Assembly: GCA_043228905.1 (NCBI GenBank)
Contig: JBHGNT010000002.1
Coordinates: forward strand, 17,422,001-17,486,000
From: Azolla caroliniana
Taxonomy: Eukaryota; Plantae; Polypodiophyta
Direction of reading: 5' to 3'
Length of the DNA: 64,000 nucleotides
The position numbers were made by a program, and so were the translations under genes. This document shows positions 12,695 through 25,300 of the stretch, piece after piece. Within the stretch, counting starts at the first letter, position 1; each line of letters opens with the position of its first letter. The notes beneath the pieces are model-generated. The model made no database searches and had not been told where the DNA came from. It saw nothing but the letters and a program-made list of their open reading frames with translations.

Positions 12695-13200
12695 GGTCTC
12701 AAGGTTTCTTTCTGTTGGATAGTCCCGATCTACGGTAGAACATGAAAGGACCACCACCCCTCCTCCCTTTCGCTCGACCCTATTCTAGTCTCAAAGCTGA
12801 GTAGTTGCCCATCTCCAACCCTTCCCACTAGCAAAAGCAAACAACTCATTCCACTTTCACTATTCTTTGGATTTGGTTGTATGGTTGGTCTATGACCACC
12901 AGATGCGTTCAACACCCCTGAGGTGATCTCGTAGTTCCTACAGGATGGGGGTGGTGGGACCAGTCCATGGATCTTGATGTCATTCGCTGCATCGCGCCTA
13001 GGGATTTGAAGAGAGATAGTCCATTAGGTTGTTCGCAAGGGCCAACCCGATTCTCTTCCCTGGGGATAAACATTGGATTGAGTAGCCCCGGGAGAGCCGC
13101 CGACTCCAACTATCATCCATGTACGATCCGTGATGGATCTAACTAGCAACCCACCCTACCCCTCCCTATAGGACAACTTGTTCTCGTCAAAGTAGGGTCC
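12695..13200 (-). other. NUPT: plastid trnI-GAU group II intron fragment
   Basis: The reverse complement contains CGGATCGTACATGGATGATAGTTGGAGTCGGCGGCTCTCCC and TTGGCCCTTGCGAAC, recognised as conserved plastid trnI intron sequence. Boundaries approximate. Confidence 0.8.
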
Positions 13201-13699
13201 CTAAGTGGCATGTTTTGGTCCTTCCCCCCCCCCCCCCCCCTCCTATTCCTGGGGAAGAGTTAGCCACCAATTTATGGACTTATCACAACTGTCAAATTTG
13301 TTATCACCCAGTCAATTGAAACGAACAAAAAGGGAGGAAATTGTTGGTCATGTACCTACAACGGTTCAACTTATTCCATCTAATCCATAAAAACCTGCGA
13401 CATCATCATCAACTCGTTCAGATAGAATTTTTCCTTTTTCGATCTGATGAGATTACTATCATGGTTGAGTTCGCCCCCTCATGAAACGAGAGATTCGTTT
13501 CTATCTTCATGCAGTAGCCATGGAATTCGTTTGGGAAAAACGTTGAGAAACTATAATAATCCATCGGCGGATCGGTGACCCCGACCTTGCCCTAAGAGTC
13601 TGGGATTAGATCAAGTCGATTTAGAAAAGCCCATCGAAGATGGATCGGACTCGGGGAATTGTTTAACCCAGAATCGATTCTATCAAAATGATTCATCCA

Positions 13700-14735
13700 T
13701 TGGGTCTTTCTGGGAACAAGAAGAATTGAAAATGCTTTACTAGTCGCTAATATTCTCACTACGTAACGATGTAACATCAACATCTCTAATAGGATTGACT
13801 GGGAAGAAGGTTTCGCACGAAGATACAAAAATCATAGATCCATATGTTCGGAAAGAACCTATACGCCCATTCCATCTTATCAATTGCAATGAATTCTCAA
13901 AATGTTTGAACGAATATAAGACATTTTTGATCTTTTGGAAAGACAATATCTTTGAAAAATGGAGCCTATTCAGTGAGTATATACCTTGGTTTTTTATCCC
14001 CTAATTGGTGGAGATATTTCTACGATCTGATTGGAGAAACATATTCAAAAGAAAATAAGTGATGACCTGAATTACCCTTTACCTAGAATTTCTAAAAGAA
14101 TTTATGATGGTGTATATAGAGCCAAAATTTATTCATCACAAAGCCTAAGATTGAGATTCAAGAATGATTCTACCAATAAAAGATTATCCAAAATAGAACT
14201 TATCGTTTTCAAGGAATTTCCTAATGAAACGAAGATGTCACATTTACGGTGGCTAGTTTCTCAACTTTCCAATAAGCGTATCTTATCTTACTTCGTTCTT
14301 TCAGCATTATACGTTTATGCATTATCCAAGTATCTTTTATCTGCCGTTTTGGGGTATAACTCCCTTCATTCATGGAGATGTTTCAATACTATTGGATATT
14401 TAATAGACCCAATGTGTGGATCCTATTTAGAGAAAGGAATTTCTTCCCCTTCAATAAGGTCAATGCAAATGAGAGATGTACTAATCCATTATTTGAAGAG
14501 ACTCTCGAATTACATAAATAATATATTCTTTTTCTCCTTCGTCAAAAACGAACTAGATTTGTGGATACTTCGTAGGTAAAGCTCTGATATCCTTAATAGT
14601 AAGAAAGAACTATTAACAAGTCTATTTAGTAACGAATAATACTATGTCCAAGTATCAATCCAAATCGAATTCCAATTTTCATTTCTCAAGTAGTCGGATC
14701 GATTATGAACCTTCCCCACAAGAAAGATCTCATGT
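13700..14735 (+). pseudogene. ycf2: NUPT: plastid ycf2 fragment (fern-type), frameshifted
   Basis: ORFs 13795-14004 and 14031-14579 give WSLFSEYIPWFF..WWRYF, YLIDP and NELDLWILRR..DIL..KKELL in AT-rich plastid-like sequence. Plastid-like DNA probably extends left to the trnI piece. Confidence 0.75.
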
Positions 14736-15974
14736 TTTGCACATTCGATGTACATAGTATTTTATTGAAACTAAGCCCGTTGTGGTCTATGTGTAGCTTC
14801 CGCATGGTAATTTCTACACATAGTATGTACATAGTGTTATTTTGAAATTAAGTTTTTCTGTGTTTTGCTCTCTCTATCTCTCCCGCGTACTCTCTCTCTC
14901 TCTCTCTCTATTGTTCTTTGTATTTTACCATTCTATGTTGCTGTCTGACTGAGCCGATAGTGTCTGTTTAGTTTCAACACGCTATTCTTTTCATGGTATC
15001 AAAATGCGAGGGTTGAGAATCCTCTACTATCGAAAAACACTAAAACACACACAAACCCTAACACCCGGTTGACAACAGAAAAGAAGAAAATGGACAGAGG
15101 AATGGCAAGCTCACTTCCGACGGAGAAGCTCAATCGAACCAATTGACAGTTGCCGACATCTTCACCAAGGCGCTCAGATCAGACAAGTTGCAACACTTCT
15201 TGGAGATGCTTGGGCTACAACATCTCCACGTGCCGCACTTGAAGGGAAGAACAGGCAGAGAAAAAGGGGGGATATCAACAAGAGAAGGCCGAAACGGAAC
15301 AAGATGCCGAATAGACTGAAGAATTCGATACATCGGATAGAGCTGGGACAAGCCACAAAGGCGGTAGAGTCAAGAAGGACAAAGCCGACCGGAAGAAAAA
15401 GGCCAGTACCAAGACATGGTCAAACATAGTCAAGGGCCTAAAGAATGATGACAAATTAGAGACAACCAATTCGGTCAAGGAGTTTGATTCGAAAGAGACG
15501 GACCATATAAAGGCCAGGCGGAAGAGAGGGCAGCCGAAGCAGACACCGAAGCCGACGGGTCGAGGGGCGCTAATACCGCGACAACGACGGAGTTGAGATG
15601 GGTCTGATGAGCAGACCAACCGATCATAGGGGTTGAGATGTGTGGAGTCGGATGGGTCAAGAAGCATTGGACCGGAGGGGTTGTGGAACGTGGGACCGAA
15701 CCGGACGAGGTGTGCGAGTAAGGCGTGAAGACATTAGGAGAAGCCAAGGGAAGAAACTGGCAGAGCAGGAGGAACCTCAAGTTGAGCTTGAGGGGGATTG
15801 TTGAGAAGTAAAGTGCTCTTTGAGCACATTAGTATGTATAGAGTGTTATTTTGAAATTAAGTTTTTTTGTGTTCTTCTGAGTCTCTGTCTCTCCCATGTA
15901 TTCACTCTGTCGCTCTCTCCATTGTTCTCTGTATTTTACTATTCTCTGTTGTTGTCCGGCTGAGCCAACAATGT
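14735..15974 (+). mobile_element. Internally deleted non-autonomous copia family B derivative (TRIM-like)
   Basis: LTR remnant, PBS TGGTATCA at 14994, Gag start MDRGMASSLPTEKLNRTN fused directly to the RNase H end VADIFTKAL, 3' extension, PPT GAGGGGGA, and a shortened 3' LTR from 15799. Confidence 0.8.
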
Positions 15975-16058
15975 CTGCGTTATCTTTTAACAGATGTGTC
16001 ACCCCAGCCAAACTCCCCACCTGACAATGTCTTCCGCCTGGATCGGCACGCAAGCGCC
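15975..16058 (-). pseudogene. Nuclear 26S (LSU) rRNA fragment
   Basis: CTGCGTTATCTTTTAACAGATGTGTCACCCCAGCCAAACTCCCCACCTGACAATGTCTTCCGCC is the reverse complement of a conserved plant 25S/26S segment, with a few substitutions. Confidence 0.9.
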
Positions 16059-16361
16059 AAGCTAATCATTGTCTCGTAGTTAGTGACAGTCACACGTAGG
16101 AATATTGAAGTACCTGTCAATACTTCTGTCATTCCTTTATGGACTTGTATAAATAATGTTGTTTAGCATGTTGTATGTATATAGTTCTCAGAGTGTTATT
16201 TTGAATCTACGTTTACGTTCTGCTCTCTCTGTCTCTCCCGTATATTAAGCTTCTCCATTAAACCTTCATCTTATTCTCTGTTGCTATCTGGTTGAGCCGG
16301 TTCTGTCTAGCGCTTCCGCAGGTTAACATCTGCATGGTATCAGAGCGCGAGGGTTTAGAAC

Positions 16362-16625
16362 TGTTGCAAAACAGCGCTCGGCCACAACTGAGGAATAGGA
16401 TCAACTCACAGAAAACAGGAAATACAAAATGCACGAAGACCATAGAGAGAAGAATACACAGGATATTTTACGTGGAAAACCCTAAGTGGGAAAAACCACG
16501 GGAGTCCTCAAACTCCAACTATCACTATAAACAGAGATGTACAATGGTGAAGCTACAAGGCAACAACCTTGAGCTCACTGTCCTCGCCACAGGCGGCGGT
16601 AATACACAGAGGCAACGACCTCTTC

Positions 16626-16674
<49 letters not shown>

Positions 16675-19600
16675 TCTCGGCTGCTCACTTAGCTCCCTCG
16701 GCTGAAAATATAAAAATGAGCAACAACACCAAAACTGTTTGCCCTAAGTCATATTTATACACATATGACTTTCGGGCTATTTACAAATATAGCCTCAAGG
16801 GCCCTTGGCAGACATATTCACAAATATGTCCCCGCATCCGGATCTCTCTCCGGGTACATGCGTCATCCGGCTCCGTAACCGGGGTCTTCATCATCCGGCT
16901 CCGTAGCCGGCACCGTAACCGTAACCGTAACCGGGATTGCCGTCATTCATCTCCGGACATCCCATCCGGAGGGACCGAAAATCCCAACAAAACTCCCCCT
17001 TCACTTCGGCATGGGATGTCTCTCCAGTCCGACCCTCTTCCGGCACGCTTCCAGCTTATCGGGTGTGAGCACTTTGGTCAGCATATCTGACCCGTTCTCG
17101 TCCGTGTGGATCTTCGTCATCACGAACTCCTGGTCTTCTATCCTTTCCCGGATCCAGTGATATCTTCGCTGGATGTGCTTCGTTCGGGAGTGATAGGCCG
17201 CGTTCTTCGCAAGGTGGATGGCACTCTGACTGTCGCAGTAGAGTCGGTACTCCTCCTGCCGGATACCGAGCTCTCTAATGAAGTCCTTCATCCATATTAT
17301 TTCCTTGCCGGCTTCAACAGCCGCCATGTACTCCGCCTCCGTGGTTGACAATGCAACCGTCTTCTGCAGCCTCGACTGCCACGAAACAGCTCCCCCTGCA
17401 TACGTCATCACATACCCTGATGTGGACCGGCTGGTATCTGCATCAGCCGACATATCCGAAGCGGTAAAGCCGTCGAGTTCGGGCTTACCGGAGCCGAATC
17501 GGAGGCACACGTTTGCCGTGCCCTTCAGGTATCGGAGTATCCACTTGACCGCGTTCCAGTGCTCTTTGCCGGGATTGCTCATGTACCGGCTCACCACTCC
17601 GACTGCGTATCCTATGTCCGGTCTTGTACACACCATTGCGTACATCAAGCTTCCGACGGCAGAGGCATATGGTACTTTCATCATGTCCTCCTTCTCAGCC
17701 TTTGTCTTGGGGCTTTGCTTGCTGGACAACTTGCAGTCTGCCGGGAGGGTTGACCCGACCGGTCTTGCTTCCGACATGTTGAACCGGTGAAGCACCTTTG
17801 TCACGTACTTCTCCTGTGACAGCCACAACTGCTTCTTCTTCCGGTCCCGGATGATGTGCATCCCCAGAATTTGCCTCGCCGGACCCAGGTCCTTCATTGA
17901 GAAAGTTCAGTGAAGCGCTTTCTTCAGCATCCGTATCTTGGCCTGGTCCCGTCCGACGATCAACATGTCGTCCACGTACAGGAGGAGTATTAGAAAGTCT
18001 CCTCCTTCGAACTTCTTCACAAACACGCAGTGATCGGACTGCGTTTTGTGGTAGCCTTCGTCGGTCATGAAAGAGTCGAACTTCCGGTACCATTGCCGGG
18101 GAGCCTGCTTCAGTCCGTAAAGGCTCTTCTTCAATCGGCATACCAGGTGCTCCTTCCCTTTCTTCTCGAATCCTTCCGGTTGCTGCATGTAGATCTCTTC
18201 TTCGAGGTCACCGTGAAAGAATGCCGTCTTCACGTCCATCTGTTCTACCTCGAGGTCCATGCTTGCCGCTATGCTCAGCACCGTCCGGATGGAGGTCATC
18301 TTCACTACCGGGGCAAATATCTCGTCGAAGTCGACGCCCTTCTTCTGCTGGAACCCCTTCACCACGATCCTGGCTTTGTATCTCGGGGGGTTTCCGGCAT
18401 CTCCCGGTTTCATCCTGAACACCCACTTGTTTCGAAGTGCCCGCTTTCCTTTCGGCAACTCCACAAGTTCATATGTGTGGTTCTCATGCAAGGAATCCAT
18501 CTCCTCCTGCATGGCACTTAACCACCTGCGGCTATGGGTGTCAAGCTTTGCTTCTTCAAAACTCTCCGGCTCCCCCTCGTCGGTTAGCAGCACGTGCTCT
18601 GGTTCCGGAAATCTCCGGGGGGGCCTTCTCTCTCTTAGAGGATATCTCCGTTCCGGAGCTTCGGTAACCGGCTCCTCTGTTTCCTCTTCATCCGAATCCA
18701 TTTCGGGATCGGGGCCGGTTCCGGTATCAGTTTCATCTTCCTCGGCCGGTTCTGTTTCTTCACCGTCTTCGGCCGGATCCTCGAGTGCTAACCGGTCCCT
18801 TGCCTGTTGGGACTGCTCTTCGTAGAGTTTATCCTCACCGGTCGACTTGGAGCTCTTCATCTTCTTCTCCGACTCCCAGTCGGCGAGTGTCTTGTCCTCC
18901 ATGAAGATGATATCTCGACTCCTGAATATCTTCTTGTCGACCGGGTCCCATACTCGGTAGCCGAACTCGTCGTCGCCGTAACCGAGGAATATGCATGGCC
19001 GGGTCTTTGGATCTAACTTTCCTCTCCGGTCCTTTGCCACATGCACGTATGCGAGACACCCGAACACCTTCAGATGCCGGTAGGACACTTCCTTACCGGT
19101 CCACACTTTCTGCGGCGTGTCTCCGTCCAAAGGTACTGAGGGTGATCTATTTATCACATACGTCGCCGTCGACATTGCCTCAGCCCAAAATCCCTTGGGT
19201 AATTTCGCATGTGCTAGCATACTCCGGACCCTCTCCATTATGGTCCAGTTCATCCTCTCGGCCAGCCCGTTCAGTTCCGGCGTCTTCGGCACAGTAAACT
19301 CGAGCCGGATTCCCTTCGAGCGACAGTACTCTGCGAACTGCCCCCGGTATTCCCCTCCGTTATCCGCTCGTATCGCTTTCAGCTTCTTGCCGGATTCTCT
19401 TTCCACTCTCGCGTGGAGTTCTTTGAAGACGGACAATACTTGGTCCTTTGTCTTCAACGGTGCCGTCCACAGCTTCCGGCTATGGTCATCTATGAATGTT
19501 ACGAAGTACTGAGCTCCGCCATGTGACTTCGCTTCTACTTGACACACATCAGTGTGTACCAACTCCAATGGTGCGCTACGTCTCGTCGGTGGCCTTGAGT

Positions 19601-21368
19601 GGAAGGAGGTCCGGTTTTGCTTACCGGCCAGACAGTCGGTACACTTCCCCAGGTGTACGTGCTTTACCGGTATCATGTTGTCATCGGCAAGCCTCTTCAT
19701 CCCCTTCTCACTCATGTGGCACAGTCTCTTGTGCCACAGCTCACCGGCAGTGTCGGCTGCCACGTTCAGCTCCTCCGGACATAGCCGGGAATTCATCAGG
19801 TACAGTGTATTGACCTTCCGGGCCCGAGCCACTATCAGGCTCCCTTTGCTGAACTTCATGACACCGTTCCGGATGCTACCCGTGTAGCCTTCATCATCTA
19901 GCCTCCCGGCCGAGATCAGGTTCAATCGGACCTCCGGAACGTGTCGAACATCCTTCAGCAGCATCTTGCATCCGGTTGATGTCATCAGCCACACGTCTCC
20001 TATGCCGGCAATCCGGCATGTGCCTTCATTTCCCATCCGGACACAGCCGTGCTCACCGGCTGTGTAGGATGAGAAGTATTTCTTCTCCGGAGTCAGGTGG
20101 AACGACGCTCCGGAATCGACCACCCAGGTCATCTCTACACCGGCAAGGTTCAGCTCCCACTCTTCGGTAATGAGCATTATCTCTTCTTCACTTGCCGCGA
20201 GTGCCGTCGTTCCTTTCCGGTCCTGCCCTCGCCGATCCGGACCTCTCCGGTCCGTGGCTCCCCGGTATGCACCGTTTCTCTCCGGTGACTTCTTCGAATC
20301 GGTGTCGTCGGCTCCGTTGTCCTTTCGGTAATGCCGACAATTCTTCCGGAAGTGCCCCGGCTTCCCACAGTGGAAGCATGTGGGCCTTCCTCTTGACTGC
20401 GACCGGGTCCCCGACTTCTCCCGTCTTTGCGGACTCCGGTTCCATTGTCTTCCCCGATCCGATTCGGTAAGCAGCATCTTCGGATCGGAAACCGGTTCTT
20501 TATCTCTCCGACGCGCTTCTTCGTTCAAAATGCTTGTCTTTACCGTTTGTAGAGACAAGTTATCTTCGGTGCAGGAGGTGCTGAGAGTCACCACCAAGTT
20601 CTCCCAACTTTCCGGCAATGTACACATCAGAATGATGGCTTGCATTGCATCCTCCAACAGGAACTTGATCGCCGCAAGCTGGTTCACGAATCCCATGAAC
20701 GTGCTCACGTGTTCCACCATATTCTCGCCGTCCCGGTACTTGAGGTTCACTATCTTCCTCATCAGGGAGGTCCGGTTCAACGCATTCTTCCTCTCGTAGA
20801 GGCCCGACAGCTTCTTCCACATCTCATATGCGTTGGTGTCGTTCGCCACATGTTGTAGAACGCTTACATCGACATATTGCCAGATCGTCGCTACGGCTTT
20901 CCGGTTCAGGAGCTTCCACTCCGACTCTATTACCCCCTTGGGTATCTCGGCATTGTCGATCGGTTCATACAGGTCTCGGACGATGAGAAGGTCTTCCATC
21001 TTTATCTTCCAGTCGGCGTAGTTCTGTGAGTTCAACACCATCATGCCCGGAGGCCCACTACCGCCGCCTTCCATTTTCTGTGTTACCGTCGCTCTGATAC
21101 CACTTGTTGCAAAACAGCGCTCGGCCACAACTGAGGAATAGGATCAACTCACAGAAAACAGGAAATACAAAATGCACGAAGACCATAGAGAGAAGAATAC
21201 ACAGGATATTTTACGTGGAAAACCCTAAGTGGGAAAAACCACGGGAGTCCTCAAACTCCAACTATCACTATAAACAGAGATGTACAATGGTGAAGCTACA
21301 AGGCAACAACCTTGAGCTCACTGTCCTCGCCACAGGCGGCGGTAATACACAGAGGCAACGACCTCTTC

Positions 21369-21409
<41 letters not shown>

Positions 21410-21718
21410 CTGCTCACTTAGCTCCCTCGGCTGAAAATATAAAAATGAGCAACAACACCAAAACTGTTTGCCCTAAGTCATATTTATACACATATGACTT
21501 TCGGGCTATTTACAAATATAGCCTCAAGGGCCCTTGGCAGACATATTCACAAATATGTCCCCGCATCCGGATCTCTCTCCGGGTACATGCGTCATCCGGC
21601 TCCGTAACCGGGGTCTTCATCATCCGGCTCCGTAGCCGGCACCGTAACCGTAACCGTAACCGGGATTGCCGTCATTCATCTCCGGACATCCCATCCGGAG
21701 GGACCGAAAATCCCAACA
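16362..21718 (-). mobile_element. Very young full-length Ty1/copia element C
   Basis: LTRs 21105-21718 and 16362-16989 look identical except for CT-tract length. 5-bp TSD AGAAC, PBS at 21091-21102, PPT at ~16992-17002. Confidence 0.98.
17001..21074 (-). pseudogene. gag-pol polyprotein of element C, intact except for one in-frame TGA at 17907-17909
   Basis: ATG at 21074. ORFs 17907-21128 and 17001-17897 are in the same frame (KKALH*TFSMKDL). All domains are present: CCHC, VDSGAS, HHCC, DDE, YVDD, RNase H. Confidence 0.95.
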
Positions 21719-21823
21719 AGAACCTCTACAGCCGACACTTACTTTCGTAGACGAACCCTAGAACCCGGTAACAACAGACAAAGATAAGATATGGACAGAG
21801 GAATGAAGAGTTCACTTCCAACA

Positions 21824-22351
21824 GATAGATAGATAGATAGATAGATTATATTATCGTCTTCGGAGGTCAAATATGACCTATGAGACCAAAAATATTACAT
21901 TTCACATGATACGTGTGAAAGTGAGTAGTGATTCTCGATGTTCAAGAACTTTACCAATGAATGTTGCAATCGAGAGTGCACATTGTGGTTGTGAGAGGAA
22001 TTCATGCAAAGATTGGGCTCGATCGAAGAGATGTGGAAAGCATGGTCGAATATGATCAAAGGCAGAGCATTTTATCAAAGTGTGATACTCAGATTCGCGA
22101 ACTTGTTTAGGGCAAAGTGTGCATAGCCGACCACTCTCATCACTTGTACCCCAACGCCCTGTTTCACATCGCAATGCATGTGAGCTAAGTCACATGGAAA
22201 CAATGGTTCGAATGGAAGATAACGGTATGGGCTCTAACACGTATGTATGTGTACGATTTCCCCGTTCCGCAAAGAATATGGTTTTGTAGTTAGGTGCAAT
22301 ATGTGTAGTATAATGTGCGAAGCGTGAGCCTCCACATTTGTCCCATGTCAT
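21824..22351 (-). mobile_element. 5'-truncated non-LTR retrotransposon (RTEX-like C-terminus) with (ATCT)n tail
   Basis: Splits B2 Gag between ...LPT and EKLD.... Encodes SHALRCETGRW...RLCTLC...ESEYHTLIKC, followed by a short UTR and a tetranucleotide tail (GATA repeats on +). Confidence 0.8.
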
Positions 22352-25300
22352 GAGAAGCTCGACCGGAGCAACTACACATCCTAGTCATACAAGATGCACC
22401 AGTACCTGCTGGGGCATGGATATTGGAGCTTCGTGGAAGGAACGAATGAGGTAGCACCAGAGCCAACACATAGTGACCTCCCGGTATGGGAGCAAGGAGT
22501 GAGCCGAGTATTGTACTTCTTAGCGTCCTGTGTGCACGATCAGATGCTCGGCTACATCAAGGATGCAAAGACGCCGAAGGAGGCCTACGGAAATCTGAGG
22601 AAGATTTTCACCGCGAGTACCATAGCCCGTAAGTTGCAGCTCTAGCAAGAGTTGAACAACATCTAGCAAAGATACATGTCGGTTACGGACTACACCACCA
22701 AGATAAAGGAGATTTGCAACGCAGTCGGGTCCATCAACGTGACGGTGGATGAAGACGAGATGGTACAAATCTGCCTCGGTGGTCTAGTACAAAGGTACTG
22801 ACCAATCCAGACAACGATCTGCACCCGGGAGAAACCATCATCTTTCTTCGACTTGCAATCGATACTGATGGTCGAAGAAAACCATGCGAATGGGTCAAGG
22901 ACCACTCAATTGGATGGCCGGATGGTGTACACCGAGACAGATCGGCCCCATGGACGTGGTGGACGAGGTGGGTTGGCACGCAATGGAGGCGGCCGGCAAG
23001 AGCAGGACTAGAGGCACAGAGGTGGTGCCGACAACAGTTCCGGACCCTCCACAAGTAGGGGGAGTCAAAGCGGCACCGAGAACCGGCAAGGAAAGGCCGA
23101 CACGAAATGCTGGTATTGTGGCAAAAAGGGCCACAGGAAAAGAAAGTGTTGGAAGAAGTGTGCCGATTCGGACAAATCCGGATCCAACAAAACTGGTCGG
23201 GAGAACTGGCAAAGCTCGCACTACGCGGAAGGATCGGAAGGATCCGGAACCAGGAAAACCGGTAAAGGGCCAGCCATCCTGATGAAGCACAAGGTTAACT
23301 CGATGAAGAAGACTACTTCCAAATCGGAGGAAGTATGGTACGTTGATTCTGGAGCGTCCAACCACATGACGAGCCATGAAGAGTGGTTCTCGTTTTTGGA
23401 GAAACCAGAAAAACCAGGAATCGTCGAAATCGGAGATGACACCCCTCACCCAATTGTGCATGTCAGAGAAGTCCCTTTAAGCCATGTCGGACAAAAGGGA
23501 AAGTTGAACGTCTACACATTCCGACTATCATAAAGAACTTGGTGTCGGTTGGACAATTCGTCCACCAGGGGGTGCAAGTGTGGTTTACGCACCTCGGGTG
23601 CTTCATCGAGGAAGAAGGTCGGATAATCGCGCAAGGGCGCAGAGAAGGGAGGATGTTCATCCTCAACACTAATGACGTTGGCACCGCCATGTTTGCCAAA
23701 GGACAGAAGATTGAATCGTACATCGATCTCTAGCATAAGTGGATCAACCACGTCAACTATCGGAGGCTTCAATACCTGCAATCGAAACAAGTTGTTTTCG
23801 GTTTGCTAAAATTTAGCGGTCGGAAGGCAGAAATTTGTGAAGCCTACTAACGAGCAAAAAGCAACACCGGCTTCCATTCCCCACGGAACGAAACCGGAGC
23901 CGTAACAAGCTCGACCTAATCCATTCGGATGTATGGGGACCGGCATAGGATGTTAGTCTTGGTGAGAGTCGGTATTTCGTCTCCTTCATCGACGACTACA
24001 GTCGGCACACGTGGATCTACCTCATCGAACGGAAGAGCGAAGTCTTCGAATGTTTCCGGAACTTGCAAAGCTTAGTTGAACGGGAAACGGAGAGGAAGGT
24101 CAAGTGCTTACAGTCGGATGGGGGAAAAGAATACTTTTCCGGCCAATTCAACAATTATCTGCAACAGAACGGAATTCGGAGAGTATTCAGCTGCAAATAC
24201 ACACCAAAGCAAAACGGTGTGGCCGAAAGGAAGAACTGGTCGATTGTCGACGCGGCGAGGGTAATGTTGGAGGAGAAGAGCATGCCCTATTTCTACTGGG
24301 CTGAGGCGGTTCGGATGGCCATCTACATCCAAAACCGGATCAGTGACAAGGTGTCATCACACGAGTTGTATTTCGGGCGCAAGCCGAATTTGAGGCAGCT
24401 TCGAATATTTGGTAGCGTAGCATATATGCACGTACTGGATGAGAAGCGGAGGAAGCTGGATCCGAAGTTGGAGAAGTGCATCCTAGTCGGCTACTCGCAT
24501 GAGCAAAAGGGGTATAAGTGCTATAACCTCCGGACTAAGCAGGTCTGAGTAAGCGGAGATGTCGAGTTTGATGAGACGGCATCATGGTACTCCTTACCGA
24601 CTCCAACTCCCGATGAAGACCAGATTCCGGAAGATGAGGCTAGTGAGCCCGAGGAGGTCCAGGTAGAAGATGAAGATTTCGGCACTCTAGAAGAGAATCT
24701 GATCTCATTCCGGTTCAGTGGACCGAATGAGCGGCTGAGTTAGGATGACCAGTCGGAAGAAGAACCGACGAGTAGTGGAGACTCTGTCGTGCTCTGTCCG
24801 TGCAAGGAACCAAGGAGACTGTTCACGCGGAAAGAGTAAGGGAAGCAGAAACTGTCCGAATACGAAACCGGCAAGGCAACGTTGAGTCGGATCGGAGTGA
24901 ATTCGACTCCGGGAAGGATGAAGGTAGATCTTTGGGAACGAAGTCTGAACCGGCCAAGAAGGGCCCGGGCCTCGTTAGTGGCAAAGGGATACACACAGGC
25001 CCATGGAATCGACTACGACGAGATCTTCGCTCCGGTAGCGAAAATGACGACGGTTCATGTGGTACTAGCGGTTGTTGCGGCAAGGGGGTGGCATCTTCAC
25101 CAGATGGATGTGAAGATTGTGTTTCTTCAAGGTGACCTTGAAGAACGGCTCTATATGATCTAACCTCCCGGTTTTCAGTCGGAGATGAACAAGTCGGCAG
25201 TGTGCCGGCTTAAGAGGTCGTTTTACCGTCTGAAACAAGCCCCCCGAGCTTGGAATGCGAAGATCACGCACTGGTTGCGTAAGATGGGGTTTGTGACCTC

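Noticed and set aside
16292-17090. ORFs repeated at 21104-21750
   Set aside because: They lie within the LTRs of element C; the duplication reflects LTR identity.
17907-17909. Programmed stop read-through
   Set aside because: The stop lies mid-RT, the related copy A has Arg here, and the context is not a known read-through signal.
17278-18825. Long antisense ORFs over copia pol
   Set aside because: They are shadow frames of GC-rich coding sequence with no independent motifs.
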